DNA of 64,000 nucleotides. Source: Antedon mediterranea (taxonomy: Eukaryota > Animalia > Echinodermata). The notes under the pieces are model-generated. The model saw only the letters and a program-made list of their open reading frames with translations, was not told where the DNA came from and did not search any database. Below, one piece after another: positions 43,369-53,360 of the stretch. Every line of letters begins with the position of its first letter. Position 1 is the first letter of the stretch. The position numbers and the translations under genes are program-made. Location: positions 40,000,304-40,064,303 of the forward strand of contig NC_092671.1 of the NCBI RefSeq assembly GCF_964355755.1, read 5' to 3'.

Positions 43369-46300
43369 TACAGGGGTGAATAAACTTCCTTGGTGTAAAT
43401 AAGAAAAGAATCATGCAGTGCAATGTAGAAAAATGAAAATCATATGGTGAATGACAAAGTGATAACTTACGGTTGAATGTTGAAGAAAACGGTGACAAAG
43501 AAGAAAGCTCAGACAAGAATGAATGCGGTGAGAAATCAGGTGCGCAGGTGTCACTCCTACATGAATCTGCATATGAGTCAGGTGAAGAAGATGGAGATGG
43601 TACTGGAAGTGTGATGGATATTCTGCCACGTGTGGAGAATGCACACATACATGATTTAGAAGAGGAGGAATTACTACCTAATAAAATAAATATATCAAAA
43701 TCAGGCTAATGGGTGTAACTCATACTTTCAGAAAGTCTGGCAGACAATGCAATTTATAGAGGTACTACTTTTTTAAGAGTGTAAAGCTCTGTCTACACTA
43801 TCAAACTAGTTTGATAAATATGGTAGTGATATGTCCAAATATTGTAGTGATATGACATCATCATGTCCATATTTAGGCACTCCACATTTTGATAGTGTAA
43901 ACATCTGAGCTTAAGAAAGAAAATAACAAACATGCATAAAATCTGTGCATAAGATGCATTGCTACTACAGTGTAGAACTAATATTGCTAAAAACTGACAA
44001 TACATACCTGCTGGAAGACACATCTTTACTTTTGAAAACCTTCGTATAACTGGCTCTGTTCTGCCCCTCCAATGCCAAAATTCAGGCTTTTCTAGAGTTT
44101 TCTTTGACCTTTTTTGTATTTGCTTAGGTGCTCGATGGTGATGTTTGTGCCCTTCAAACCGTTCACAGGGTGACCTGCGAATCTCATCAAACTCCCTCTT
44201 AAAAATTATAAAATTAAAACCTTACTGGAATTGTATGGAAAATTTATCGACTGAATTGCAGTAAATACAAAATAAGAACAAAAAACGAAAAAAGAGAAAA
44301 GTAGAAGTACCCCTTTAATAAAAAAGAAAAAATTGAAATATCTAAAATAGATTATACAGTATGACATGAAGTAGAAAACGTTACTACAAATACTTACTAC
44401 AAAATGAAAAATGTCTCGATTGTTTAAATTTGAAGGTCCAGCAATACTGACATAGGCTTGATGACACCTCTGTTAAAGAATTGATTATTTTAAGTTAATA
44501 AATTGAAATGAAACATTAGAATAAAAGTGTCAATTGTATTATTTACAAAACACAAAGTGTAGGAAACACAGTCATTTTAGAATTTAATAAAAAAAAGTTT
44601 TCAAAATATAAATTATACAATCCCTGAAAACTTATTAAAAGCTCTGTCTACACTATCAAACTTTATGTGAAAAACAATGTGATGTGCCCATACGGACATG
44701 AAGATGTCATATCAGCACCATACTTAGGCATATCACTACCATATTTGGGCACTGCATCACACTTTTTTGTCAAACTAGTGTGACATTGTAGACAGAGCTT
44801 TAGAACTCAATAATTTGAAAATGTCATGACCTAGACTTTTAAGTCAAGTCAAGTCAAGTCAAGTCAAGTATCATTTATTATCATTTGTTTTAAGAAAAAA
44901 ACATAGAAATTCTGTTTGCTCTGTTGGACACAACACGAACTCAAAAACAAAAACATTACAAGAAAGTGTCTACATGATGTTTAAGGCTCTAATAGATCCT
45001 AGAAAGAAACTATTTGTAAATCGTGCCTTATTGGCCTTAATAGAACGAAATCGCCGACCGCTGCGCATCAACTGGAACATACTAGAGGCCGGATGAAATT
45101 GATCATCTTTGATAGCCACTGCCTTTTTCAGAAGACAATCCAAAACTATGTTCTCCAAAGGCAGTTGTGCAGATCCAATTATACGCGATGCAGTCTTGAC
45201 TATTCTATTTAGGTCACGCTTTTCATTTTCGGTAGTTAAAGAATACTATCCAAGCACATATTATTCATGTAATATTGTAAACACATTATAAAACATTTTT
45301 TTTTAATTCAGACAGCAAAATCATTCTTCCCTAAAAATACTGGGTGCGTTTTACGTTAAAGAATACGTTTTGACACTCTCTATAACTGACCTATAATAAT
45401 TTGTTTAATAAATTAAAACTAATTGTTTAAACTGCCTAATAACTTGAAGCTGTTGCTATAGTTACAATATTTGGCCGCATTATACTTATTCCTGTCCATG
45501 GTGGTTTTAGTATTGTTTATTAAGTCAGTACTAACTGTAATAGCCCATGGCTGGTATGTTTGCTAACCAAACCCGTTTGTAAATATCAAATAGTAGAAGT
45601 CAATATTTGTTGTGCTAAGTCAATAACATTTAAAGTGATATGGCATACTTGTTAAATGTTACTGATGCTATATTTTACACAAAGGGATTTTAAAGTGAGT
45701 GAAAATATGTATCTGATTTGGGTTTTTTTTGTTCTGACATACCATTAATATTTTTACCATCACAGTCTGTATCATAAAAGTCCAATAGCAATTTTGTTTA
45801 AGTAGGGACATGGAGGAATCATTAACTAATAACCATCATGCTTAAAACTTAAGTACTACTAATTTCCAATTATTAGTAGTTTAATTAAAACTTTACAATG
45901 AAGGCTTAAAATCAGGTACAGCTAAATTTGTGTCATTGCTTAGCAACACTCATAAGCATTACATCTTTGTAACTACTTTTTTGAGAGCAACACAAAAGAT
46001 TACCAGTCATGCTTGACGAGGCAACAAACTGCTTTCATTCAAGTTTATTAAAATCAATTTCTTGTGAATCAGTTACAAAAGAAGACATTGAATCCAATAA
46101 AACTAATGAGAGATTCATGATTACAATAAATTAAATGTAAATAGAGTCGTATTTGTATTCAGCAAATCCTGTTTGTCCAGCAAACAACAAGCTCATTATT
46201 AAGATCACGCTTAAGAAGAGCTAATTGAAATAAGGGCTTGATGGTAGATCAGTTGTATTTAGAAAAGTAATACAAAACATTAGAATAATAACATCTAAAA

Positions 46301-47897
46301 TGATAGTCATGATAGATCAATTATATTTAGAGAACTATACCTAAGGACAGGATAACTATGTAACATTTAAAGATGTTACCATTAAAGATGTTACTGAACA
46401 AGCTTCTAAAGTAACTAAGTGATATTAATTGTTTACAGTAGAACCACTTGTTTGGGACACCGATATTTAGGGGACACCCTTATTAAGAACATGTCATCAT
46501 GTTACAATAATGGCCAACCCCTTTAGGGCCAACTCCTACCCCTGTATTTAGGAAATACCTACTAAATAAGAGGACACTTAGTTGGGCACTGAAGGTGTCC
46601 CTCTTAATAGGTTTCTACTAATGCCAGTCATTTATGTAATGTAGGTGAACTATGTCTATGAGTGTCATTAAAAATCATTTATGTTATGACCTTTGAATTG
46701 CTGTTTTCAATAAAGTTTTCATAATGATAATTTCTATAGCAACAGTAAACACTTTGGTGTATTTGGTATGTTATACAGGTAATAATTCATGATTTCCCCA
46801 AAATCTATACCTCTAATTTATAAGTACAATGTATTTAATATTTCCCAGTATTTCAATCTTTGTAATATAAATATTTACAGACTTTTGTCTACTTTTTGTA
46901 ATTTTTATTATACCTGAATAAATAAATAATAATAAATAAGACATAAACTACTCATGGGACTTACTGTAGATGAAACCCAAGCATTTAGACAGTGGTTCCA
47001 AGTAGGTTCTTTAAGTCGTTCCGCATTCATAGTAAGACTGGTTTGAACACCAACACGACTTGGTAAAACTGGCAATGAATAGGCTGCTGTACCTGCAGTT
47101 CTAGCTCTTGCGGCATGATGGTGGTCAAAAGGTCTCTCTCGTCGGGATAAGAAACTTATAAAATCTGAATCTGGAGGATGACTGGCGCTTTTAGGAGGAG
47201 GAAGACTATAGCGATACTGAGAATAAAAAGATGATGTACATAAGAAGATATACCTAACTAGGCCCTGTGACTGATGATATTTTACATACATATTTAAGAA
47301 ATATTAAATATTAATATCAAGTAGCAAGATTAGCTTGAATAGTTCAAATAATGAATGTTTACAAGTGCGATGGTACAAATAATTTCGTGAGGTTGAAATT
47401 ATTTGTACTATCGCATGAACAGAAGAACATTATTAATCAAATAGTACATACTGTACTGTACTACTATACTTACTACTGCATACCATGTATCCACAATTGT
47501 CCAATCAAATGACATATTTATTTAGATGTTATATAATAGCAATTATGGAATGAATTATTAAACAGGTAATTAACCAGGATGTTGTGAAAAAGTTTGAGTA
47601 TCCTCATCACAAAAAAAGGCCCTTTTTAAAATTTCACTTTGTCTTTGTAAAAACAATTAAAAAGATGGAACAATAATATTACTTGACAAAATAAATACTT
47701 ACAGGGGTTCTTTTATCATGTAGCGTTTTACCTAGTTGTTCACCTTTCTGCTTGCAAGTTATGCAAGGAATCGGACTATGCCTAGGCCTAGTAGGCTGCT
47801 GTTGATGGTGGTTGTTTGACACTTGTAACCTTGTCGACGCCGGCAGGTCTCTGTCATAATTCACCTGGCACAATGCAGGCCTAGGTAGTTGCGTCAT
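187..47897 (-). CDS. Uncharacterised multi-exon gene, Pro/Ser-rich and probably largely disordered, with a charged C-terminal helix (up to ~763 aa)
   Basis: Manually spliced GT-AG exons with compatible phases and no junction stops: 47897-47703 (ATG, MTQLPRPAL..), 47216-46965, 44197-44008 (REFDEIRRSPC..PEFWHWRGRTEP), 43677-43471, 34480-34424, 27940-27848 (weaker), 22518-22432 (weaker), 18616-18569, 11523-11341, 11131-10772, 10498-10325, 6067-6002, 5109-5053, 722-441 (..LRLELERQRRADERRRKALLMYEKLKKRKG..), 227-187 (TAG). No family recognised. It could include alternative exons or be two genes. Confidence 0.65.
1857..2007. mobile_element. MITE family A copy (truncated)
   Basis: Left TIR AG(C/T)TCTGTCTACA(C/T)TATCAAACT and internal CCAAATATGGTAGTGATAT repeats; right TIR missing. 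Confidence 0.75.
3779..4111. mobile_element. MITE with TA flanks
   Basis: TA|GCCTGGGTGCAG ... CTGCACCCAGGC|TA, plus an inner inverted pair TTTGCGGGAAAAAAGTATAG / CTATACTTTTTTCCCGCAAA. Confidence 0.75.
4578..4742 (+). repeat. Dispersed repeat (second copy at ~47350-47536)
   Basis: Shared ATAATGAATGTTTA..ATGGTACAAATAAT and CCACAAT(C/T)GTCCAATCAAATG..TGTTATATAA. Confidence 0.6.
6652..6806. mobile_element. MITE family A (Tourist/PIF-Harbinger-like)
   Basis: TIR AGCTCTGTCTACACTATCAAACT, TSD TTA/TTA. Confidence 0.85.
6926..6939. promoter_or_regulatory. RFX X-box
   Basis: GTTGTCATAGCAAC fits RYYNYYATRRNRAC. Confidence 0.5.
7318..7457. mobile_element. MITE family A, two tandem partial copies
   Basis: Left TIRs at 7318 and 7429. 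Confidence 0.75.
8502..9827 (-). mobile_element. Non-autonomous Helitron-like element (1.3 kb)
   Basis: On the minus strand it begins A|TCTATATATAAA and ends CTAG|T with no TSD. The GC-rich 3' hairpin at 8502-8538 reads CTAGATGGTACGC-GAGCGAAGCGA-GCGTACCATCTAG on the plus strand. Confidence 0.7.
12541..12671. mobile_element. MITE family A
   Basis: Both TIRs, TSD TTA/TTA. Confidence 0.85.
14714..14801 (+). mobile_element. Very short RTE-like LINE 3' end with TSD
   Basis: Frame ..ASLAQDRK.., (GATA)n tail, flanked by 12-bp direct repeat TAGCTACTGGAA (14702-14713 and 14802-14813). Confidence 0.65.
15845..16310. repeat. Degenerate tandem triplication (~150-180-bp unit)
   Basis: CCACAAAAGACATACA(A/C)ATGTG and TAATATAGATTT..AGAGTAAAATT each recur three times. 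Confidence 0.7.
17092..18009. mobile_element. Non-autonomous TIR DNA transposon (Harbinger-like ends)
   Basis: TIRs GGGCCTGTTTCTGCTG / CAGCAGAAACAGACCC, flanks TTA and TAA, subterminal repeats AA(T/C)CGATTA at both ends. Confidence 0.75.
18047..18299. repeat. Minisatellite, 23-bp unit x ~11
   Basis: AGACTGGAGAGTTAACTGTACTC tandem. Confidence 0.95.
20150..22232 (+). mobile_element. 5'-truncated non-LTR retrotransposon (CR1/L2 group) with an open RT frame
   Basis: ORF 20214-22052, then a T-rich 3' UTR with hairpin TGGCTCTTAGCCA, AATAAA and a short (AAT)n tail. Lacks the APE endonuclease. Lies antisense in an intron of the large gene. The 5' boundary is approximate. Confidence 0.93.
20214..22052 (+). 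CDS. LINE reverse transcriptase (ORF2 C-terminal part, 612 aa)
   Basis: Motifs KPWLT, KACGPD, LRPISIT, QFG, DFSKAFD, GVPQGTKLGP, YVDD, LNPKKC, LGV and EYADVVW; no stops or frameshifts. Confidence 0.95.
   Translation: MKNIKTHNTDKPWLTQNIRNSISERQKAFKSNNLTHWKACRNKVKREIIKAKVKFNVDRVRHLQKTDPGKWHQQVRVMTNTKKIDLNIPVPEISPLDHKSIANVINDLFTNISAHIPFLNKTQLPAFLPSDKPAPKLHPWDIYKKLRSIKENKACGPDLVPPKIVKLFAMEFCEPLCDILNCSFSEGIVPSQWKKAVVVPVPKVQPPTIDKLRPISITSVFAKVAEEFITDWILQDISSKIDVNQFGNVKGLSTAHYLTHLVHYLCQGAENKHNVGTMVLTDFSKAFDLIDHTILVNKIIDIGVRGALVPWLCDFLFMRMQCVKYNGTLSNYSYLKAGVPQGTKLGPLCFQIMINDAGTNAKTKYLKYVDDLTFCENRKLSLPGFLQDDLNSFFRWCNDNCLVLNPKKCQALKVCFSSTQPSHVDIHLGTDKLQYVNKAKILGVFFQDNLKWDCHIDSIITKASRKLFFLRSLKRFGFNIEELKLTFCGYIKPVVEYADVVWHSGLSSRLSDCIENVQKRACRIMLGNDYFSYSGALEFLKLETLAQRRVEHCRKFAEYLPKIKQTADLIPPTRHSCHGRNLRNKNKITQLASKTSRFTNSPIPYFIKLLNS
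23446..24496. mobile_element. Two copies (23446-~23712 and 24191-24496) of a ~280-300-bp TIR element in opposite orientation, Kolobok-like ends
   Basis: Termini TTAA|AGAT(G)TATTGTCCC..GGGACAATACATCT. Interiors are reverse complements (AAAGTCTGATTT..AATCTTCATTTTTCATG versus CATGAAAAATGAAGATT..AAATCAGACTTT). Confidence 0.55.
25787..27775. repeat. Satellite-like array, 43-bp unit x ~46
   Basis: CTAGATTGAATGCCCATAGGTACTATCTCCAAAGGGAGATTCC, nearly invariant. A CTCGAGAGAATG variant occurs only in the right half. Confidence 0.98.
28124..28815. repeat. Tandem repeat, 101-bp unit x ~7
   Basis: ATCAGGGCAACCTAGTCCTGTTAG...TGTTTGAC, period 101. Confidence 0.97.
29881..29945. mobile_element. MITE family A, 65-bp minimal derivative
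   Basis: Two TIRs with almost no interior, TSD TTA/TTA. Confidence 0.8.
31690..31800 (-). mobile_element. Possible tRNA-derived SINE head (similar remnants at ~2845-2910 and ~5603-5670)
   Basis: Minus strand GTGGCTTGGTGGTTA (A-box-like) and GGGTTTAAGTCC (B-box-like); degenerate. Confidence 0.4.
32018..32426. repeat. Minisatellite, 23-bp unit x ~17
   Basis: AATGATAGCTATGATAGTGATTA tandem. Confidence 0.95.
32464..32805. repeat. Tandem repeat, 68-bp unit x5, apparently derived from an RTE LINE 3' end
   Basis: Unit AGAGAAGCATGGAGAAAGAAG..GCAGT. The first unit with its upstream flank reads SEEEALNREAWRKKTVMDVLPNGR*. Confidence 0.9.
32881..33029. mobile_element. MITE family A
   Basis: Diverged TIRs, TSD TTA/TTA. 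Confidence 0.8.
34323..34336. promoter_or_regulatory. RFX X-box
   Basis: GTTGCTATGGTTAC (reverse complement GTAACCATAGCAAC). Confidence 0.5.
34546..34762. mobile_element. MITE family A with expanded internal 21-bp repeat
   Basis: Five copies of ATCACTACCATATTTAAGCAC between the TIRs. Confidence 0.8.
35406..35542. mobile_element. MITE family A
   Basis: Left TIR intact, right TIR partly deleted, TTA/TTA flanks. Confidence 0.8.
37398..37506. mobile_element. MITE family A, internal fragment
   Basis: GTGTGATGTGCCCAAATATGGTAGTGATAT..ATATGGGCACATCAC core. Confidence 0.7.
40530..41040. repeat. Tandem repeat, 46-47-bp unit x11 with higher-order structure
   Basis: CTTCTAAGGGT(G)GATCCTAGGATAACAATAGGGGCACACGTTTAACA; the variant order repeats every 5 units. 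Confidence 0.95.
41978..42009. mobile_element. 32-bp P-element-like excision footprint
   Basis: CATGGAGAAATAAAGT-AACTTATTTCTCCATG flanked by 7-bp direct repeat GTTGTAC. Confidence 0.65.
42635..42772. mobile_element. MITE family A
   Basis: Both TIRs, flanks TAA/TTA. Confidence 0.8.
43785..43911. mobile_element. MITE family A
   Basis: Both TIRs, TSD TAA/TAA. Confidence 0.8.
44640..44799. mobile_element. MITE family A
   Basis: Both TIRs and the family core. Confidence 0.8.
44841..45245 (-). mobile_element. 5'-truncated Rex1/Babar-like LINE
   Basis: Minus frame ..IVKTASRIIG..HPASSMFQLMRSGRRFRSIKANKARFTNSFF..RALN* is typical of the Rex-Babar ORF2 end. (TTGAC)n tail at 44841-44869. Confidence 0.8.
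46436..46620. mobile_element. Degenerate Tc1/mariner-type MITE
   Basis: TA|CAGTAGAACC..GGGACAC ... GTGTCCC..GGTTTCTACT termini. Confidence 0.55.
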
Positions 47898-48986
47898 TAT
47901 ACACTACTTTGTCCTAATAAATAGCTGAGTTTTTTTATTAAATAAACTCCACACATACGGATTTAACCGAATACCGTTCTTGTACATGGTTTTAAGTCAT
48001 TTTGAAGGTTGAATATTTGTAAATTATTTGAAGAAAGTTACGACGGACTCCGCCGTGTTCTGACGACAAGCATGACATTTTCTAGTGTCTGCTAACGCTG
48101 ACGGGTTAATCCATTGTACAATATGGGAATCCCCAGATAATTATTCGACAATGTGTGTTATATTGGCTATAAATTAATTTAATACATAGTAGTTAACCAA
48201 AATAGAATGTGTGCAAATTATGTAATTTATATAAAGATGTGTTATTAGTGTTGATATTATTTTATAACAAAAATAGTACTGTATATTTTTAAGTGTTAAC
48301 TACATGCTTTACCTGTCTCATAATGGAACACTCTCAAACTTTGGTGGAAACTAACTGTATTAAAAGTTTTAAAACTGATACGATCTTTGTTTGTGAATAG
48401 TGGCGGCAAGTATACCATAACACTGGCGGTATTTGATCAATTTGTATATATCGTGTTATTGTTAGCATTATAGTAGTATTTCATTCAACACCAATGTATA
48501 CAACTTTTAAACAGATTAATCACATGACAAGATCTATGATATTATGAATCTTTTAATTACACTCCAGTCTAAAGGACAGATTATTTAGAGAGAATATGAA
48601 AGTTAACAAATTTATTTAGCTATTAATACAGTTCTATTGATAAATTTATTAATTATACCATTTCTGGTTCAAATAGTTATTTAAAGTTGTTGTTCTGAAG
48701 TTCACCATTATGTAGTTTCTGGTTCAAATCGCTAAGATAGTTGTTACAATATTTTTTAGTTGTTTTACATTGTAGTCCAGTATCTTTTCAGTAATTCAAA
48801 CTGAAACGGATTATACTGTAGAAAACATTCAGCACATGTTAGACAGACTGAGAGAAGATTAAACAGCAACAAACCAATTAACTATGTGCTATAAACAATT
48901 CAAAGTTTTTGAAGAATTTCAGTTGTATAGGTTTGATTATTAACAATATTATAAATCGAAATATTCATTCTGTGAGATGATGCTGG

Positions 48987-51900
48987 CTATGCTGTTGTGG
49001 CCATCTTCTGTAAGTCAGATATACATTTATTTAGAATGTCTTTCTCCTAGAAAATAAAACAAATCATATTATTATTATTTATTGTTCAATGTAGTAACAG
49101 CCCAATCCCCTATTTCATCCGCCTGCTGAACGTCTGATCCCATTAGTTTTTTTTCCCATTTTTCATCTTTTTATGTATTTTATATATTGGTGTTTTTTAA
49201 TATTTTAAAAGCCTGTATTAAAAGGTTACACGCAATCTGGCTATTGGCCACAAGTTGCTCTATTGTTTTTTAATAAAAAGTATATAATATATAGCAGAAA
49301 TAAGACTAAAGAAAAACAGATATATCCTAAAGCTCTGTCTACACTATCAAACTAGTTTGAACAAAAAAAAATATGGTGGTGATATGTCCAAATATAGTAG
49401 TGATATAACATCATCATGTATATTAGGCACATTCACATTTTGTTGTCACATAAAGTTTGATAGTGTAGACTAGACTTAACATTATGTAAACCAATATTAT
49501 ACATAAACTATCAAATATCCTATATGATTGGCGACAATCTATTATAAAAAAGTGCGAAGCATTACTGCCATTTAGTGATTTATCAATAATAGTTTGTAGT
49601 TTGTTTACCTGTTGTGGTGTAATGCTTTCAACAACATTCTTTTCTATCCAGGTAACCATGTGTTCTTGTTCTTTCTTACGCTTCATCTCTTCTACTGCAA
49701 TATAGTAATCCTATAATACAGTAGCATTAATTACTGATACATATACAATCAGTATTTAGTAATACACATGTTTTTTTTGGGGAATGAAAACATTGGCTAA
49801 AGCTCACTACACTATCAAACTTATGCGACAACAAAATGTGATGTGCACATATATGAACACGATGTAATACTACCATATTTGAGTACATCACACTTTTTTT
49901 GTCAAATTAGTTTGATAGTGTAGACAGAGCTTAAGATTGAAAGAAGTCCAGGATTTGTGTTTATCATTATCATCTGTTTCACACAAGATGATTTACACAA
50001 ACAAATCTTTGGTAGTAGATTAGTGTGAAAAATCAAAATCTTACCATTCTAGCTTTGACTGCATTTGTTACTTGCAATTGTCGTTCTCTGTACTCAGTGT
50101 CTAACTGAAGTTGAACATTCTCCTACAAATAAAAAATAATAGCAATTACTATATAATAAACGTCTAGGCTGAAACACTAGGCTTTTAAAATTATATTTAA
50201 AGGTATCAGGGGGATTACCACCTATCTAATAGGACAGTGATTAATTTACTATTGGTAATCCTTGGCCACAGACATAAAATATTAAAAAAACAATTACCTA
50301 ATGCTTAAAAGTATATATAAAAAAACTCATAACTTACATATTAGTGTTAAAACAGCAAATAAAAAAAAACTGTACAAAACTCTGGATAACCCAGTAATAT
50401 AATATTGTATATAATATTCATAATATGCTTTTTTGTACAATGACATGTCACCACACACAAGTGCTGGTAATATTGACTGCAAATAATGACTTACTCTTTT
50501 AGCATCAAACAAGTTGTTTCTTCCCTCAATCCGCCATTGTTCTAATTTTTCTTCCTTGATGGCATCCTCGTAGGCTTTTAAACTTTCTATTTTACTTTTC
50601 TCTGCGTTTGCAAGTTGGTCCTATAAGACACAATAAAACATACTTAATAGTAGAGTATGCTATGATTTTCACACCATTTCTTTGCAATTTATGCCTTATT
50701 AATATGTTTTAAATCTTTCTCAGTTTACTTTAATATTTGTTTTTTGTTATTTTTTACGGTAGCCTATAAGTGTCACGGCAACTTTAAAAAAATATCACGG
50801 CAACTTTCAAAAAAAGCCACGGCAATTTGAAAAAAGCCACAGCAATTTGAAAAAAGCCACGGCAATTTGAAAAAAGCCACGGCAAATTAAAAATAAAACA
50901 TCACAGCAAATTAAAAATAAAACATCGCGGCAATTTAACAAAAATACCATGGCAACTTAAAAATGAAACACCACGGCAAATTAGTATTGAAACACCACGG
51001 CAAATTAGTAATGAAACACCACGGCAAATTACAGAATGCCGCGATAAAAAAAAAAATTGCTGTGATATTTTTTGAAAGTTGCCGTGACACTTACAGGCCA
51101 CCGTAATTTTTATATTTGAAGATCTCTTTTTCAGTAGTTTGTAAATATTTTGTAATTTGTTTTTATGTCTAATTTTTTGTATATATTTTAATTTACTGTA
51201 AACTTGTTAAACATCTCATTGAGACTGTGTCTCTGATTTAAAAGAGATACAATAAAAGTTCAGTTCAGTTCCGGTAGAGTTTGAACTACTTAGGTGCTTT
51301 GATTAGCATAATACCAAATAGTGAAATTAAATGAGAATAAAATAGTCAACAGTTTAGATGTAGAGCAGTACTGTATGGTAACATGTACTTACTGCTATCT
51401 GCTTATCAGCCCAGTCAGCAACTGTTCCACCATACTTCTTAGCAGCAACAACAATCATAGCCAACACAACTGCACCGTGTACAGTCTCCGGTCCCAAGAT
51501 ATAGATTTCTTTACTTAACAAATACATAATAAGACCAAATCCAAATACATATGGCCCTGCAATAATAACATTTGAATAAGAAAATAATTTACTGTAATGA
51601 AGAACATTAACATTCTGATCTCTGGCCAATTGGTATTTGAATAAACATGGGGAAATAATTATAGTTTATTTAATTAATCTTCATTTTTCATGACAATACG
51701 TTTTTAATTCTTTCTGGCTATACATTTATTTTTTCTAATAAAGTCTAAAATAAAGACAAATGATTTAAATAAATAATTTAATGAATTACATGAAATAAAA
51801 TTTAGCTTTTAAATAAATCTTGTAATACTTTAGTACCTGTAACACCAGTTTTCTTATACATCATGGTAAACCACTCTTCAGGGATAAATCCAAACTTGAC

Positions 51901-52897
51901 TTGACCACCTTTCTCGGGCAGCTTTACAGGCATGCTACGCACCTGGCTGGTGTGTAACAGTGATTTTGGGGCCACCACAACACTGTAGCAAAAATAAAAA
52001 ACTCAAATTAAGCTATTCATTAAACATCAACTTAATTATAAATGTCCAATGTTTGGTTTGTGAAAATGTAATTTGACTTTGCTAAAAGGAATATTATAAA
52101 AAGGATTTTTCTTTTTGATGGTGTTTTATCTGGTTGTACCAATATCACTTTTTGTTGTGTCCACTAAACACATTGTATTTACTATGCATAACAGTTATGA
52201 TCTGATATTCTGGAACAGTGGGAGGAATTAATAAATAAAGTAAAAAAAACCATTAAATTAAAATACCTACCATGGTCTAGTAGAATGGAGAACAGCCCTC
52301 AGAGCTACACCTAAAAATTAAACAAATTAAGTAGTTATGGAATGATATTCAGAAAGACAGTATTATTTGTATGTTAATATTAAATAATAAAGTAATTTTT
52401 TTTCTTCTCTGCCTGGCTAGCCAGCTGGATTTAAATATTTTATTTCTTAAGTTAAGCTAGCGTCACTCCACATTATAAAAAAAAACCTGGTTTTTAAGCA
52501 TATGATGGAGGGTGGTGCATTTCATCATTATTACTAAAATTAGTCATTAATTTACATTTCCCTCAACATGCTGCAGCATGGCCTTACTTTCTTTTTAAAA
52601 TATTTTTTTTTATTATAATATAATACAACATATTTTATTTATTTTGGTCTAGCATCATTCATAAAACACTGGGAGTAACCTAGGCCTAGGCCTTCTATGG
52701 CACTCACTCACTCTCATCACCAGATGAGAGTCGAGGAGGTAGGCTCATCATTCAGTCAGGTTAGTTAAGTTAGCGTTTTCCGGCCAGGCCTGGGTGAATC
52801 ATTCGTGTGCAAATCAACACATATATACACTAAAATGATAAACAAATATTATTTATAAACATTATTTACCATTGGCTAACGCCAGCCTAGACAGCAT
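48987..52897 (-). CDS. ATP5PB: ATP synthase F(0) complex subunit b, mitochondrial (~247 aa)
   Basis: Exons 52897-52870, 52310-52271, 51982-51837, 51556-51393, 50620-50495, 50122-50045, 49710-49609, 49046-48987 join in frame (744 nt). Starts MLSRLALA (targeting-peptide-like) and contains [26 protein letters not shown] and [23 protein letters not shown], the hallmark motifs of metazoan subunit b. Confidence 0.97.
49097..49285 (+). mobile_element. Short 3' fragment of a LINE related to the 20.2-kb element
   Basis: Encodes [13 protein letters not shown] versus [13 protein letters not shown], and shares the 3' UTR motif ACACGCAAT(C/T)TGGCT..GCCAC(A/G)AGTTG. Lies in the last ATP5PB intron. Confidence 0.8.
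49331..49476. mobile_element. MITE family A
   Basis: Both TIRs, TSD TAA/TAA; in an ATP5PB intron. Confidence 0.8.
49801..49931. mobile_element. MITE family A
   Basis: Both TIRs, TSD TAA/TAA; in an ATP5PB intron. Confidence 0.8.
50757..51103. mobile_element. MITE with TA TSD and internal tandem repeats, in an ATP5PB intron
   Basis: TA|CGGTAGCCTATAAGTGTCACGGCAACT ... AGTTGCCGTGACACTTACAGGCCACCG|TA. The interior is a degenerate ~20-22-bp CCACGGCAA(A/T)TT array. Confidence 0.8.
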
Positions 52898-53360
52898 TTT
52901 GCTTTTTTTGTATTTTAAACCTTGTTTACGGCACGAATGCTGAAGAATTCTAAACTTGCCGTGCCGGTTTCCAAAATGGCTGCTGGTTGGCCCAAAAACT
53001 GTAAAAGCTGCTTTGTAATTGGCCAATGTGATAATAGCTAGCAATTCTATGATTCTGAAAGAATTTACAAAAATCATAATTTATATGTAATACCTTATAA
53101 AAAATTGACATAAAACTAATTAAAATGTAAAAAATCTGAAATACGTGGCAGTATCTGAATAATATGTATGTAATGTACTTTTCTTGTTATATTTGCGGCA
53201 GCCAATCAATAATATCGTACAAAATTACTTCGACATAAACTTTGACCCAATAGTAATCAAAAGGCCATGTGTGTAGTGTAAAAACTTGATATAAAAAGCG
53301 AGAGAAAAGGTGCGGTGTGTTGTCGTTTTTAATGTCTTTATGAAAATCCCCTTATTAAAT
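52898..53360. promoter_or_regulatory. Bidirectional promoter shared by ATP5PB and WDR77
   Basis: Divergent ATGs ~460 bp apart. YY1-like CAAAATGGCTGC at 52972-52983, palindromic double CCAAT (ATTGGCCAAT) at 53018-53027, and another CCAAT at 53202. Confidence 0.75.

Noticed and set aside
43473-43709. Acidic plus-strand ORF as a nested gene
   Set aside because: It is the antisense shadow of the Ser/Pro-rich minus-strand exon 43677-43471, which has proper splice sites.
48125-48134. Single kB-like site GGGAATCCCC upstream of the large gene
   Set aside because: One degenerate 10-mer can occur by chance and there is no supporting cluster.
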